Origin: an uncultured virus (IMG/VR IMGVR_UViG_3300005674_000175)
Taxonomy: Duplodnaviria; Heunggongvirae; Uroviricota; Caudoviricetes
Virus record (IMG/VR): IMGVR_UViG_3300005674_000175
Length of the DNA stretch: 64,000 bases
Reading direction: 5' to 3' (one strand)
The first letter of the stretch is position 1, and the number at the start of each line of letters is the position of its first letter. The notes under the pieces are model-generated. The model was not told the DNA's origin. It saw only the letters and a list, made by a program, of their open reading frames with translations, and made no database searches. This document shows positions 1-10,880 of the stretch, piece by piece. The position numbers were made by a program, and so were the translations under genes.

Positions 1-2
1 CT

Positions 3-851
3 GATAGGGCGCTGGGTTTCGCTACCTTTGAAACGTATGAGCCGCCAGAGAAATGGATTGAACTTCTAAACAGAATGGATGGAGTTATATGTCCTTCGCA
101 GTTTAACTATAAAGTTTTTGCTCATGCCGGTGTTCGAAGACCTTTATTCTATATTCCTCATTGTTTTGATTCAAGATATTGGCATGATAAGGTTCTTCCA
201 TTAGAAAATCGCAAGCCATTTACTTTTTTGTTTGTTGGTACATGGAAAAAGAGAAAAGGTTGGGCGGAACTTGTTGAGGCTTTTTGTAGAGAGTTTAGCG
301 CTTCAGATAACGTCCAGCTTATAATCAAAACAGATAAGAATGATTTGGCAACTAAAGAAATAGGAAAACTTACAGCATCTTTGGGGTTAACAAAGGAATT
401 ACCACCCATTTTGCTTGAAAGAAGAATATTCGACAACGCATATTTACCGTCCTTCTACAAGTCTGTAAGTTGTCTTGTGATGCCCACTTTGGGAGAAGGA
501 TTCGGATTACCGGGTTTACAATGTATGGCAGTAAAGGTTCCCATTATAATAACCAATTTTTCTGGGTGTCAGGAGTATGCATCTAATGAAAGATGCACAA
601 TGCTCGAACCTGATGGTTTTATGATGCATTCAAATATGGACAATATACTTCAGTTTGCAAATAAGAAGTGGCCGAGGATTCCTATTTCGTCCATACAAAC
701 AGCCATGAGAAGTGTTTTTTCCAACAGAGATCAAGCGTTATCTAAAGCCGATAAAGCATATGAGTATGTTCATAACAATTTCTCTTATGAGGTAGCAGAA
801 AAGGCGTTTGGAGAAACAATGGAGACTATTTACCGTGTCAGCCAAACTTAA
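3..851 (+). CDS. Glycosyltransferase, GT-B fold (GT4-like), 5'-truncated by window edge
   Basis: Frame is open from base 3 (DRALGFATFETYEPP...). Motifs FTFLFVGTWKKRKG and PTLGEGFGLPGLQCMA match the GT4 C-terminal domain (E-x7-E here E-x7-Q). Confidence 0.85.
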   Translation, partial: DRALGFATFETYEPPEKWIELLNRMDGVICPSQFNYKVFAHAGVRRPLFYIPHCFDSRYWHDKVLPLENRKPFTFLFVGTWKKRKGWAELVEAFCREFSASDNVQLIIKTDKNDLATKEIGKLTASLGLTKELPPILLERRIFDNAYLPSFYKSVSCLVMPTLGEGFGLPGLQCMAVKVPIIITNFSGCQEYASNERCTMLEPDGFMMHSNMDNILQFANKKWPRIPISSIQTAMRSVFSNRDQALSKADKAYEYVHNNFSYEVAEKAFGETMETIYRVSQT

Positions 852-3800
852 ACTACAACCATTTAGCGCACCGCTTTCTGGTACAAAGGCTATTGCTTTT
901 ACTGTAAGCAATCTTGATTCTTCTAAGTCTTATAGAATAGAGATTGAAAATGCAACATTTAACAGGACTCTGAAGCCAAACACTCTAACTAATGGTTTTG
1001 TTTCTGGTAATCATGTTTATGTTGAGGGAACTGCTATTGTAAGCGGTAGAGTTGATTTGGGTTTGACAGAAGCAGATTCTGCAAGCGTAATATCTGTGTA
1101 TGCTAACGTTGAAGAGAAGACAGATTCTGGCGTATGGAGACTTTCTGATATTGCTGCATTTTCATTTCAGATTGAAAGTTCTGTACCAAAGGGTACTGGC
1201 GACAAGATTTCTGTATATCCTCCGTTTGTTGGACTGCAAGAAAAAGCAACTATTAAAGTTCATTCTAAACCAAACTCAAGTTTAAGAGTTAGTGTAAATA
1301 GTAAAAACTTTGTTGTAAAGACAAACTATTCCGGTGAAGGTTCAATATCGTTTAGAGCCATTGATGTTATAAGCGGATCTTCTTTATCTTCAAAGACTCT
1401 TTTGAAGTTCCCGGTTTTGTATTCTATGCCAAATGATAAGAGCGGTCAAATATTTGATTCCGGTTCTTATGTTCATTTTGTTCCAGAAGAAATGAAAGCA
1501 TTACAGGCGACGAGTGATCCGGCTGCTCCTGAATGCGCTATATTGGACCCCATTCCCGGCGAAGGATTGACTCTTAGGAAGCTTGATGATTTTTGCGTTG
1601 ACGGCGCTGTTGTTGGCGATATGTCTATTTTTGATGAAGAATCAACTTTTCATAACTCTAAGGCAGGTTTTTGCTCTGATTTGAACGAGGTTTATCCTGT
1701 AAGCAACGAGGCTGTTTGTAGAATTTTCAATTCAACTTCTTCAGCCCTTCTTCATGATGGTTCAGGACTTGTTGTTTTTAGCTCGCAAGAGACGTTTGAA
1801 AACAGTCCTGATGTAATGCCTACTCTTTCTAGTAGGGTCTTTATTGCAAGTCTGCCAAGTTCTTTGAAGTATAAGGGGAATCCGGTAAGAGACGGTTCGA
1901 TATTGAATCCTCCAAGGTTCTATCACACAGTAACTCCAAGCAATATATCTGCAAATGAAAAGTATGGTATCATTTTTAGAGTAGATGATGGAACTGTTTT
2001 TGAGATACAATATACAACTATCCTTGGAACAGTTGCTGAAATAATATCAGCATTTGTCACTTTGGTTAATAACGATTTATCTGCTAGATCTTATAACATT
2101 AAGGCTGTTGATCAATCTACTTTTATAGAGTTGAAGTCAGATGATAGGTTTACTATCCGAACTGATGTGATTTCTGGCGATGGAACTTTTGAGGCTGCGT
2201 TAAAGAGCAATAGAACTCTTGATGTTTTGGTTGATTCTTCTGCTATATATGACCAAGGTAATACTTTGGTGTTTTTGTCTCCGCAAGTTGGGTATCAGTC
2301 TCATGAAATAGTCAGTAGAGATTATGTCAATAATGTAATTAGAATAAATGTTCCCAATGGTTTTAACAATGATGTTGGTCCGAATATTTTTGAGACTATA
2401 TACTGTCAAAAGTTTGTTGTTGTTGATTCAGATACAGAACTTCCATCTGCTAGTTTGACGGATGTAAATCCTCTTCCATATGTTTATGATATTTACAATA
2501 GAGAGGTTAGTTGCGTATATCCAGTTGTGGCAGTAAGGAAAATAGAAGCAACAGGCGAAGAAATTGCATATGTAGTATGCCAGGCCCCTGTTGACGGTAT
2601 TTATCAGTTGTTCTATTACTCTTTTAGAGTTGGTCAATCTATTGAGAATACTCAATGGAAACAGTTGACCCAAGTTGGCGAGAACAAAAACGCAAAGATA
2701 AAATGCGATAAAGACGGCAATCTACATATTGTGTGGGAATCTGACAGGTTAGGTCCAACTCAGTTGTATTATTCAATATTAGGGCAGTGTTCTAGAGCTA
2801 TAACAAATCAGATAGCAATGTCTATTCTTGATAAGAATGCTTTGTCTGATGCCAATGTAGACCTTTATAGCATACAAACGCCCGGCTCTCCTATACAGAC
2901 TGGTTTTACTAGAGTTCTTGGGAATAACGGAAAGGCTTCTGTATATAGTAGCACTTTTGTTGCTGTAACAGGAAATCCTTCTCAAGATACGGCAATGGCG
3001 TATACGACTATTTCTAAAGATGAATATGGAAACGATTTTCCAGCCGGTTTTTCTCAGTTGAGTTATCAAGTTTCATTTAGCCTATGGATGCCTAAGTTGG
3101 CTACGGGAATTCTTACTGATGAGGATATAGAGGAAAGATTCAATCAGTGGAAGAGTACCTTTACTCCGGTTGGTAATTATACTTATTTGAGAAGTAAGAA
3201 TGTATATACAATAGATAAGTATGAAAGATTCTATGAGAATAGCATTCCTATTTGCGGAGCTTTTAAGTTAGATTCACAAAATATTGCAACGAAAGTCGGA
3301 GGAGATGTATACTCAGGAGTTGAGCATAATTATCCTCTCATATATGGAGAGTATACTCAATCTCCAACTCTTACTCATGAATCTAACATTCGACATTGGA
3401 TGCTTCTTTTGGTTCCAGAGAAGATAAGGTTTAGGGCCAAAAACACAGAAACATACTCTCAGTTTTGTCAAAGAAACAGTCAAGATGATGGCGATTGTTC
3501 TGGTTTCAATAACGAGATAGAGTATGAGATTGGAACCGGAAGATACAAGTTAGCACTTATTCTTTCAACAAGCGCAAATGATTCTGACGAGAGATCTGCT
3601 TATAAAACTCATATTATATATAGGCTTTTAGATGGATATGTTGATTTTGCTGAGTTGAAAAATCTAAAGGTGGCTGTACATTACTCGAAAATGGGTAGCG
3701 ACCATATTGATAGCGTTCTTAAGAGAAGAAAAGAAACCACAGCAGAAAAAGACAAATACAGGTACAATGCAGATATAATTGTTTCCTATGGAAATGATAT

Positions 3801-6800
3801 TGTCGCTGCAACTTCTTTCTTGGCTGATTTTACAGACCAATACAGGAAGTTTGACATTGTTCTTGGAATGCCTCCTGGAAATGGATTTAAGATTAACGAA
3901 ATAATCCCGTTCAAGGGCAATATGTATGAGAATGGAGATTTCTATCAAAAGTTTTATGATATCAATATAGGTCCGCATTCGATAACTTTGAATTCTGATT
4001 ATTTTGATTTCTCTAGTTTTGATAGAGATACATCTCAAATGGTTGTTCATGATATTGATAGAAACATTCTGTCCAATGGAGGTTTTGAGGATACCGTATT
4101 GCCTTATGCGGACCATACAAGACTTGAAGACGGTTATACCTCCATTGATGGATGGACTGTTTATAGAGGCGTTTCATATAGAAGAGTTTCATCTTATACT
4201 CCGCCAAGCACTGTTGGTCTTTCTCCTTCGATTGGAAGAAGTTGGGTTGAGGTAAACGGACAGCTAGTTGGTAATGTTGCATATAAGGGAGCTATTTATA
4301 CTAATGTTGCTACAGAGGTTGGAAAAACATATTGGGTTACGTTTGACTTGTCAAATAACCCAAATAACTACACTCAAGGATCTGTTGTAACGAAGAGAGT
4401 AAGGGTTATAGCTGGTCCTACAACAAAATTGTTTACCACAACATTAGAAGCAACTGGCCCAACTCCTACAAACTGGAGAACAGTATCGTTTAAGTTTGTT
4501 GCTAATTCAACATCTACTTTGCTAAGATTTGAAAATGCATCTAACTTCTTCAATGATCCAAAAGACTTCTCATCTGGTCCTCAAATAGACAACGTAGTGG
4601 TTGTTCCTGAAGAAAGTTTGAATGATGAGTTTTCCTCATTTACTACGGCAGAAAGCCTTCTTGTTGATCAACAAGAGTTTGATTTGAATTATAGCCTAAA
4701 TGCAACAGACAACTTTACTCAAATACCTATTACTGTTTCAGATACATATCAAAACAAGAATCCTGACTTGTTTATAGACAAGAAGAATAAGTTCCATGTT
4801 GTATGGCAATCCAATAGGGATGGATATTGGAATATATTCTATGGAGGAGCAAGGGTTAGGGGTGTTCCTTTTAGATTTGATTCTCAAATAACGGATTCAG
4901 GAAGTAATAGTGTAAATCCATCTATTGCGGTGGATGGGTTTGGCAGAAGAGTTATTGTTTGGCAAGATGATAGAAATGGGAATTCTAGTATATATTCTGC
5001 TGTTTCTAAGGTTGTTGATGATGAATTTTCGGATATGTGCAAACAAGATGAAATTGATGAGTTTATATACAGATGGAACTCTGCTATAGACCCATATTTT
5101 GATCCGTACACAGCAAATATAACACAATTGAACTGCGAGATTGGGTTTAGTTTTTCTGCGCCAAGTACAAATCCATTCCACTTTAGCCTCTGGTTGTATG
5201 AGGACAAGGAATATACAACTCTATACAAGAAGATTTCTTCAAGCGAAAGCATAGGCGGTTGGCGAGTTGATAATGTTCAGTTGGCATATAATGGCCTTTC
5301 CGCAGTTGAAGATACCGTTTATCAAGTAACATATACTCCTTCTTATGAAGATGATATAAGCGGAAGAGTCTTATATGTTATTGTTGAATACGAGATAAGC
5401 TCAACTATAGTTGATATTGTAAATTCTTCTAATGTAAGAACTATTTTTGCTTATGACGGATTGAATCTAAAATCTAATAGGTTTGAAAATACAGAAAATG
5501 TTACTGCAATTTTTGAATCTGAAATGAGATCTCCTATTGCTGTAGACCCTCAAGATCTTAGTGATATAAACTATCAGCTATTTAGCGGCGTAAGTTTTGA
5601 ATATCCTCTTACGGAATTGCCTGGAGTTGAAGTTGATCAAAAGATAAGAAGCGTATTGCTTCATTATGATCCAGCCGGAGCCTCTGGTAATGTAAACGCT
5701 GTGGTTAGATTCAATTCGCCTATACTGGCTGTTTTCGTTAGCAGTTCTAAGTTGATTGCAACTAATACTGTATTTGGTCATTCCGGTGTTACATATCATA
5801 CAACGGATTCCACCGCCGGAATAGAAAATCTTGATACTCTCGTTATTTCTGCTGATAGAAAAACTATTACAATGGATTTTGATGTAAATCCTGCAATGGA
5901 TGAAATCAGGGTTATATTGTTAGATGATTCTGCATCTGTTGGTGAAAGCAATTTCGTTTATTATTGCCCATCAAAACAATCTGCAAGATGCGATGTTCGT
6001 TGTTCGTTCTCTAATAACTCTATTGTTGATAAGACTGTTCATTTTAGAGTCAGTTTCTATTCTAATCCTGAAAAAACAGATTTGATTATGTCTTCGTTTA
6101 CTCAAACTGATACGCTTAACTGGTTCTTCTCTTCATCTGATTTCCCGCCAGAAGGTCTCACTGTTCAGCCGGGACAGTCAATAGGCGTTGTGTATTCTCC
6201 TGAAATATTGCCATTTGAAATGAGAGAAGCGCAGACGGTTACTGATTATTCTGAAACTCTATTTAGACAGCCTCTTATATGCGGAGTTCCTTATAGGGTC
6301 GTTGTTGAGAGCTATAGAGATGGTTCATTCTATGTTGAATCCGAGTTTGAACTCCTTTGCCCTTGCGCTAGAACGGATGCGGATTTGTGGAGTAGAGATA
6401 AGGATCTTGATAACTGGGTATCTAGCGGTCGTGGATTTGATGATATTAGAGTTACGATTACCGACCATGAATGTTTGTTCCCGAAGGTTGTTGTGTCTGA
6501 AAATGATCTATTCTATGTTATTTGGCAAGACTTTAGGTATTCTAGGATATTAGAAAACCAACAGTTTGTTTCACCAGATTATTTCATGGCATTATATGAT
6601 GCTAATGCTGATAAATTTGTATGTTCTGGTCAGGGCGAATATGATAGAAGATTGACAAGTTTTGCAAATAATGGAAAAGTTCTTTATGATGCATCTATTT
6701 TCTTAGATCCGTTCCAGAATATTAATCTAGTATTACATGATGGACAGAAGGTTTATTCTCAAATATGTAGTCTTGGTTGCGTATATGAAGCAAAGAACAG

Positions 6801-8064
6801 GGATCTTATTCTTCCATGTATGTTTACGGATGAAACAGACCCTTCATTCTTCGTCGTTGGCGGATCTCCTGATAGAGCTGTTGATCAATATCAAAAGATT
6901 AGAATTAGGCCATCAAGTATATCGTATTCAACATATCTTGATTTGCAAACTCCAATTCCTGTTATAACGGATTGCTTTATCGAGTTGGATATCATTGGAA
7001 TTCCTGGTGCTTATGCCTATAGACTTAAGAATGAGACAGATGAAGACTGGACAGAATGGTTGCCTATTGGACCGGATTTGCCAGCTCAAACTCAAACAGA
7101 TACAGATGGAACTAAGAGCGAAAGAGATTTCTTTAGAGCGTATTTCACGCAAAAGGATAGGTTTGTAGCTCCTTGGGTTACTTCTCCAGAAAATGGAGTG
7201 AAGAAGGTTTGCTGCGAAGTTCTAACGTTCTTTGGAAAATCAGAATCATTCTGCGTAGATTTCATGGCAATCTATAATTCGCTTGAGTATAAGATAGACT
7301 TATTCTTTGATGAAGAGCTTACTCAGCCAGTTCCTCTATATAAGAGCTATCCGGTTGTTAGCGCGAATAAAACAACAACATACATAGATGATACTAATTT
7401 GACTTCTATACAAGAAGAAACATCTAGTGTTTCAACGATATGGGCCAAGATAGAGTTCAGAGATAAGAAGAAACTTTCTGTTTTGGAGCAACTAAGAGCG
7501 ATTGATAGGTTTGGATTGTCTAGTAATATAACTATGAATGTATATCAACAGGGAATAAATGACCAGATTGGAATTGTTGTAACAAAGGTAAGCGAAGGAA
7601 TATACAAGGGTTCATTCTCAGTGCTTGAGGATGATGGAGTCATAAATATTGATGGTCTTGGCATAATAACAGTAGATGTTCCCGGACAATGCAATCCTGA
7701 AACTTTCTCCGAGTTATCAACAAGGGCTACAATGATGGAATCTAATAACAGTATTGATCAAAAGATATCTATATTCAACAATTTTACAGTATTTAGAGAG
7801 AAATATAACGAAAGTGATATGAAGGGTTCTTTTGGTAATCCTGACTATTACAAGATAAGAACTTTTGGGGCCTCTCCTGTATCTTCTGGTTCATGGGTTG
7901 GAGGGGGAAATGGCCCAATAAAAGGCGATATAGGTTATGAGCCTTCAAATGGTTCTGGTAACGGCGAAATCGGCGGCGGTTCTGGTGGTTCCGGAAATGG
8001 AGGAGGCAGCGATAGCGGTAGTAATGGAGGTTCTAATGGCAGCGGTAGTAATACTAATGGCTAA
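808..8064 (+). CDS. Giant multidomain putative virion/appendage protein (2418 aa): BNR-like blades, DUF642/choice-of-anchor C-like domain, two HFRxxFY repeats, Gly-rich C-tail
   Basis: Long ORF; blade motifs NPDLFIDKKNKFHVVWQSNRDG and NPSIAVDGFGRRVIVWQDDRNG; DUF642-like NILSNGGFE...GPQIDNV at ~4063-4608; no signal peptide. GTG at 835 is an alternative start. Confidence 0.65.
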   Translation: MEKQWRLFTVSAKLKLQPFSAPLSGTKAIAFTVSNLDSSKSYRIEIENATFNRTLKPNTLTNGFVSGNHVYVEGTAIVSGRVDLGLTEADSASVISVYANVEEKTDSGVWRLSDIAAFSFQIESSVPKGTGDKISVYPPFVGLQEKATIKVHSKPNSSLRVSVNSKNFVVKTNYSGEGSISFRAIDVISGSSLSSKTLLKFPVLYSMPNDKSGQIFDSGSYVHFVPEEMKALQATSDPAAPECAILDPIPGEGLTLRKLDDFCVDGAVVGDMSIFDEESTFHNSKAGFCSDLNEVYPVSNEAVCRIFNSTSSALLHDGSGLVVFSSQETFENSPDVMPTLSSRVFIASLPSSLKYKGNPVRDGSILNPPRFYHTVTPSNISANEKYGIIFRVDDGTVFEIQYTTILGTVAEIISAFVTLVNNDLSARSYNIKAVDQSTFIELKSDDRFTIRTDVISGDGTFEAALKSNRTLDVLVDSSAIYDQGNTLVFLSPQVGYQSHEIVSRDYVNNVIRINVPNGFNNDVGPNIFETIYCQKFVVVDSDTELPSASLTDVNPLPYVYDIYNREVSCVYPVVAVRKIEATGEEIAYVVCQAPVDGIYQLFYYSFRVGQSIENTQWKQLTQVGENKNAKIKCDKDGNLHIVWESDRLGPTQLYYSILGQCSRAITNQIAMSILDKNALSDANVDLYSIQTPGSPIQTGFTRVLGNNGKASVYSSTFVAVTGNPSQDTAMAYTTISKDEYGNDFPAGFSQLSYQVSFSLWMPKLATGILTDEDIEERFNQWKSTFTPVGNYTYLRSKNVYTIDKYERFYENSIPICGAFKLDSQNIATKVGGDVYSGVEHNYPLIYGEYTQSPTLTHESNIRHWMLLLVPEKIRFRAKNTETYSQFCQRNSQDDGDCSGFNNEIEYEIGTGRYKLALILSTSANDSDERSAYKTHIIYRLLDGYVDFAELKNLKVAVHYSKMGSDHIDSVLKRRKETTAEKDKYRYNADIIVSYGNDIVAATSFLADFTDQYRKFDIVLGMPPGNGFKINEIIPFKGNMYENGDFYQKFYDINIGPHSITLNSDYFDFSSFDRDTSQMVVHDIDRNILSNGGFEDTVLPYADHTRLEDGYTSIDGWTVYRGVSYRRVSSYTPPSTVGLSPSIGRSWVEVNGQLVGNVAYKGAIYTNVATEVGKTYWVTFDLSNNPNNYTQGSVVTKRVRVIAGPTTKLFTTTLEATGPTPTNWRTVSFKFVANSTSTLLRFENASNFFNDPKDFSSGPQIDNVVVVPEESLNDEFSSFTTAESLLVDQQEFDLNYSLNATDNFTQIPITVSDTYQNKNPDLFIDKKNKFHVVWQSNRDGYWNIFYGGARVRGVPFRFDSQITDSGSNSVNPSIAVDGFGRRVIVWQDDRNGNSSIYSAVSKVVDDEFSDMCKQDEIDEFIYRWNSAIDPYFDPYTANITQLNCEIGFSFSAPSTNPFHFSLWLYEDKEYTTLYKKISSSESIGGWRVDNVQLAYNGLSAVEDTVYQVTYTPSYEDDISGRVLYVIVEYEISSTIVDIVNSSNVRTIFAYDGLNLKSNRFENTENVTAIFESEMRSPIAVDPQDLSDINYQLFSGVSFEYPLTELPGVEVDQKIRSVLLHYDPAGASGNVNAVVRFNSPILAVFVSSSKLIATNTVFGHSGVTYHTTDSTAGIENLDTLVISADRKTITMDFDVNPAMDEIRVILLDDSASVGESNFVYYCPSKQSARCDVRCSFSNNSIVDKTVHFRVSFYSNPEKTDLIMSSFTQTDTLNWFFSSSDFPPEGLTVQPGQSIGVVYSPEILPFEMREAQTVTDYSETLFRQPLICGVPYRVVVESYRDGSFYVESEFELLCPCARTDADLWSRDKDLDNWVSSGRGFDDIRVTITDHECLFPKVVVSENDLFYVIWQDFRYSRILENQQFVSPDYFMALYDANADKFVCSGQGEYDRRLTSFANNGKVLYDASIFLDPFQNINLVLHDGQKVYSQICSLGCVYEAKNRDLILPCMFTDETDPSFFVVGGSPDRAVDQYQKIRIRPSSISYSTYLDLQTPIPVITDCFIELDIIGIPGAYAYRLKNETDEDWTEWLPIGPDLPAQTQTDTDGTKSERDFFRAYFTQKDRFVAPWVTSPENGVKKVCCEVLTFFGKSESFCVDFMAIYNSLEYKIDLFFDEELTQPVPLYKSYPVVSANKTTTYIDDTNLTSIQEETSSVSTIWAKIEFRDKKKLSVLEQLRAIDRFGLSSNITMNVYQQGINDQIGIVVTKVSEGIYKGSFSVLEDDGVINIDGLGIITVDVPGQCNPETFSELSTRATMMESNNSIDQKISIFNNFTVFREKYNESDMKGSFGNPDYYKIRTFGASPVSSGSWVGGGNGPIKGDIGYEPSNGSGNGEIGGGSGGSGNGGGSDSGSNGGSNGSGSNTNG
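7945..8061 (+). repeat. Gly/Ser/Asn low-complexity coding tail
   Basis: Encodes SNGSGNGEIGGGSGGSGNGGGSDSGSNGGSNGSGSNTNG. Confidence 0.8.
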
Positions 8065-8094
8065 GTTTTGCTTGAATAGCATAGGATAATAATC

Positions 8095-9183
8095 ATGGCG
8101 AATCTGATAATAAGATATGGCAGTTCAAGCGAAGGGCAAATGCTAACAGATGGGCAGTCTATGTCTATTGGTTCGTTTGTTAAGGATACAGTCTTTACTT
8201 TATATCTTTTTCTAACAACCGACAGCCAAGATACCGTATATATAGCATCTGATTCTATAACTGTTGGTCAAGATGGATCTTTCAAGCAAGCATGGGAGGC
8301 TGATCCTAGCGGAGACTCTGATGGATGGGTGCTAAGCGATATTGTAAAACCGCTTCCTGTTAGTATATTTTCAGGAAAGCCAATGTTTATAAGTATTGAT
8401 GTTGATACATCATCTACTGGCAATAAGTCTATAAGTTTTCAAAGCATTACTGATGCTTCTGACCCGAAGTTTCTCTATACTTTCTATTTTACAGTAACAG
8501 AACCATCAACACAAAATCCTCAAATAAATGTCATTTACGATGGAAATTCTGTTTCGCAAGAAGGTACTGTATCTCTCGGAAGATTTGCCCAAGAATCGGT
8601 AAGTAGCGTAAATTTTGAGATATTCAACTACGCAATCCCGTCTCTTGTTATACCTCAAGATGGAATAAGTATTACTTCAATTGGGTCTAGTGAAACGGTT
8701 ACTTCTAATCCTTCATCTTCTGGTGAAGTCAGTTTGAGTTTCAATCAGAACTGTACTCTTACTGTAGAATTAGATACGCTAGAAACTGGTGATAAATCTT
8801 TTGTGGTAGTAATTTCATCTAATGATCCAGATGAAAATCCTTTCATATTTACAGTAACATATTCTGTTTCTCTACCGTTTGAATTAATCGTTTCTCAGGG
8901 AGATACAGACCTTGATGATGGATCTACATTAAATCTTGGTTCATATAATGAAAGAACTACCATTAACAAGGTTATAACTCTTGAGAATAATGGAATATCA
9001 TACGGGATAAGGGTTACAAACATATTGGTAGGAGGAGAGGTTTCTCTCGTTAATCTTCCTTCTTTACCATTTGTTCTTCAGCCAAATAATAGTAATTCAG
9101 TTCAGTTTACGCTTAGGTTTGCTTCTTCAAGTTTGGGCAGAAAAACCGGAGATCTTAGCATACAATGGGAAGTTGAGGCGTAA
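8095..9183 (+). CDS. Tandem Ig-like (choice-of-anchor D/ASH-like) domain protein
   Basis: PQINVIYDGNSV...GDKSFVVVISSNDPDENPFIFTVTY matches the choice-of-anchor D signature; about three such units. Confidence 0.65.
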   Translation: MANLIIRYGSSSEGQMLTDGQSMSIGSFVKDTVFTLYLFLTTDSQDTVYIASDSITVGQDGSFKQAWEADPSGDSDGWVLSDIVKPLPVSIFSGKPMFISIDVDTSSTGNKSISFQSITDASDPKFLYTFYFTVTEPSTQNPQINVIYDGNSVSQEGTVSLGRFAQESVSSVNFEIFNYAIPSLVIPQDGISITSIGSSETVTSNPSSSGEVSLSFNQNCTLTVELDTLETGDKSFVVVISSNDPDENPFIFTVTYSVSLPFELIVSQGDTDLDDGSTLNLGSYNERTTINKVITLENNGISYGIRVTNILVGGEVSLVNLPSLPFVLQPNNSNSVQFTLRFASSSLGRKTGDLSIQWEVEA

Positions 9184-9188
9184 TACAT

Positions 9189-10871
9189 ATGGCTACCAAT
9201 TATTATGAATATTCTACAGCGTATTATGAACACACAATCGCTGATGGAGATGACGGAGAAAGCTGGGGTAGTCTTGCTAATGCGCTTGGTGAAAATGTAA
9301 CTCTTGCTGCATACGCTAGCTCTAGTAACAGTAAGCCATCATTCAGTACGCATAGTGTTGATTTTACATTTTCGTATTTAGACATTGCTACTCATTTGGA
9401 TAGCAATGCAACGACTGCTGTTTTGAAGTTCATTGTAAGATATGAAATTAGTAGAAGCGACTCTAATGCTGATGTTTTTTGTTCTATTTTCCCATCTACA
9501 ACAAAAGGCGATCTTTCATTTCAAACTAAAAATGGGGTTGCCAGTCTCTCTAATGGAAACTTGGATTCGGTTCAGACGGCTGAAATTTCATGTTTCATGA
9601 GTAATATACCATCCAATGACACATTGGCTGGTAGCGAGTTTGGATTTAGCTTTTTCTTTGAATGCTCTAATGCAAGCGAAATAAATGTTGAAGTTAGAAT
9701 ATATGATGTTCAAATACAGATACTATCTGGAACAGGAACGTCATATACATTAATGGCAAAAGAGCAGAATGGTATTCTTACTGAGTTTTATGAAAATGGG
9801 GATACTTTTTACTTGCCATTCATAAGTGAAAATCAAATTGGTTCATTTCAAATAAGTATAGTTAATGCCGGAACTGAACCATTATTGATTCCATTAGGGT
9901 CTATTTCTGCTGATACAAATGGGTTAAGTTTGCTTTCTTATCCATATCCTGACACTGATATTTCTCTGGATTTTGAAAAGTCTGTTAATATTCAAGGAAC
10001 ATATTCCAGAAATAAAGCTGGAAGTTTTGCATCGCAGTTGTTTTTGAATAGCATAACTGATGATGCTTTATCTGCATTTTCTGCATTTGCTGCCTTTACA
10101 GTAGAAACATTTTCTCAGATAAGCGATGATGTTAATCTAATTCCTGCTGGTCCAGATATTGAAGGAGGGGATCAGACTCCAATTCCGTCTTTACCGTCCT
10201 TCATGGTTGTGTCTTATAATTCGAATTCTATAGCAAATAACAATACTTTGTCACTGTCTTCTTTCCCTGTTGATGTTCAGAGAATCGTGTCTGTAAATGT
10301 TTCAAATTTACTTATTGAACTAGATATGGTTCAAAACTCTATTACGATTTCAAATATTACAATAAGAGGGGATGGTAATATAGGTTCAAATTCAATGGGA
10401 GCAGGAACCGTATTGATTGCTGGTCAGTCTTCCGTTATTAATCTTGTTTTGTCAACATCTTCTATTGGTAATAAAGAGGTTTTTGTTGATATTTATTCTA
10501 ATGCACAAAATGCTCCTTTGTTTAGTTTTTCTCTTACTTATGCAATATTGGAGCAGTATTCTATAGAGTTCAAATCTGATGGAGTTGTTCTTGAGGATAG
10601 TCAAGAGAATGATTTGGGAGTTGTTGATAGAAGCAGAGAGATAATAAAGAATTTTACATTACAGAATTCTGGAATATATAAAACAATAATTGTAAACTCT
10701 ATATCAGTAACGCATGAAGAGATGACTTTGATTGGGGTTCCATCCTTGCCTGTTACTTTGTTACCAAATAATGCAAACTCTATTTCATTTAGTATGTCTC
10801 TTAGTACGGATGTTGTTGGTTTGAAGGAAGGAAACGTTGTTATTGATTATTCTGAGGGAACAACTGTATAA
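9189..10871 (+). CDS. Ig-like (choice-of-anchor D/ASH-like) repeat protein, paralogous to the upstream gene
   Basis: C-terminal unit KNFTLQNSGIYKTIIVNSI...LIGVPSLPVTLLPNNANSISF closely matches KVITLENNGISYGIRVTNI...LVNLPSLPFVLQPNNSNSVQF of the 362-aa protein. Confidence 0.65.
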   Translation: MATNYYEYSTAYYEHTIADGDDGESWGSLANALGENVTLAAYASSSNSKPSFSTHSVDFTFSYLDIATHLDSNATTAVLKFIVRYEISRSDSNADVFCSIFPSTTKGDLSFQTKNGVASLSNGNLDSVQTAEISCFMSNIPSNDTLAGSEFGFSFFFECSNASEINVEVRIYDVQIQILSGTGTSYTLMAKEQNGILTEFYENGDTFYLPFISENQIGSFQISIVNAGTEPLLIPLGSISADTNGLSLLSYPYPDTDISLDFEKSVNIQGTYSRNKAGSFASQLFLNSITDDALSAFSAFAAFTVETFSQISDDVNLIPAGPDIEGGDQTPIPSLPSFMVVSYNSNSIANNNTLSLSSFPVDVQRIVSVNVSNLLIELDMVQNSITISNITIRGDGNIGSNSMGAGTVLIAGQSSVINLVLSTSSIGNKEVFVDIYSNAQNAPLFSFSLTYAILEQYSIEFKSDGVVLEDSQENDLGVVDRSREIIKNFTLQNSGIYKTIIVNSISVTHEEMTLIGVPSLPVTLLPNNANSISFSMSLSTDVVGLKEGNVVIDYSEGTTV

Positions 10872-10880
10872 TATTGGAGA

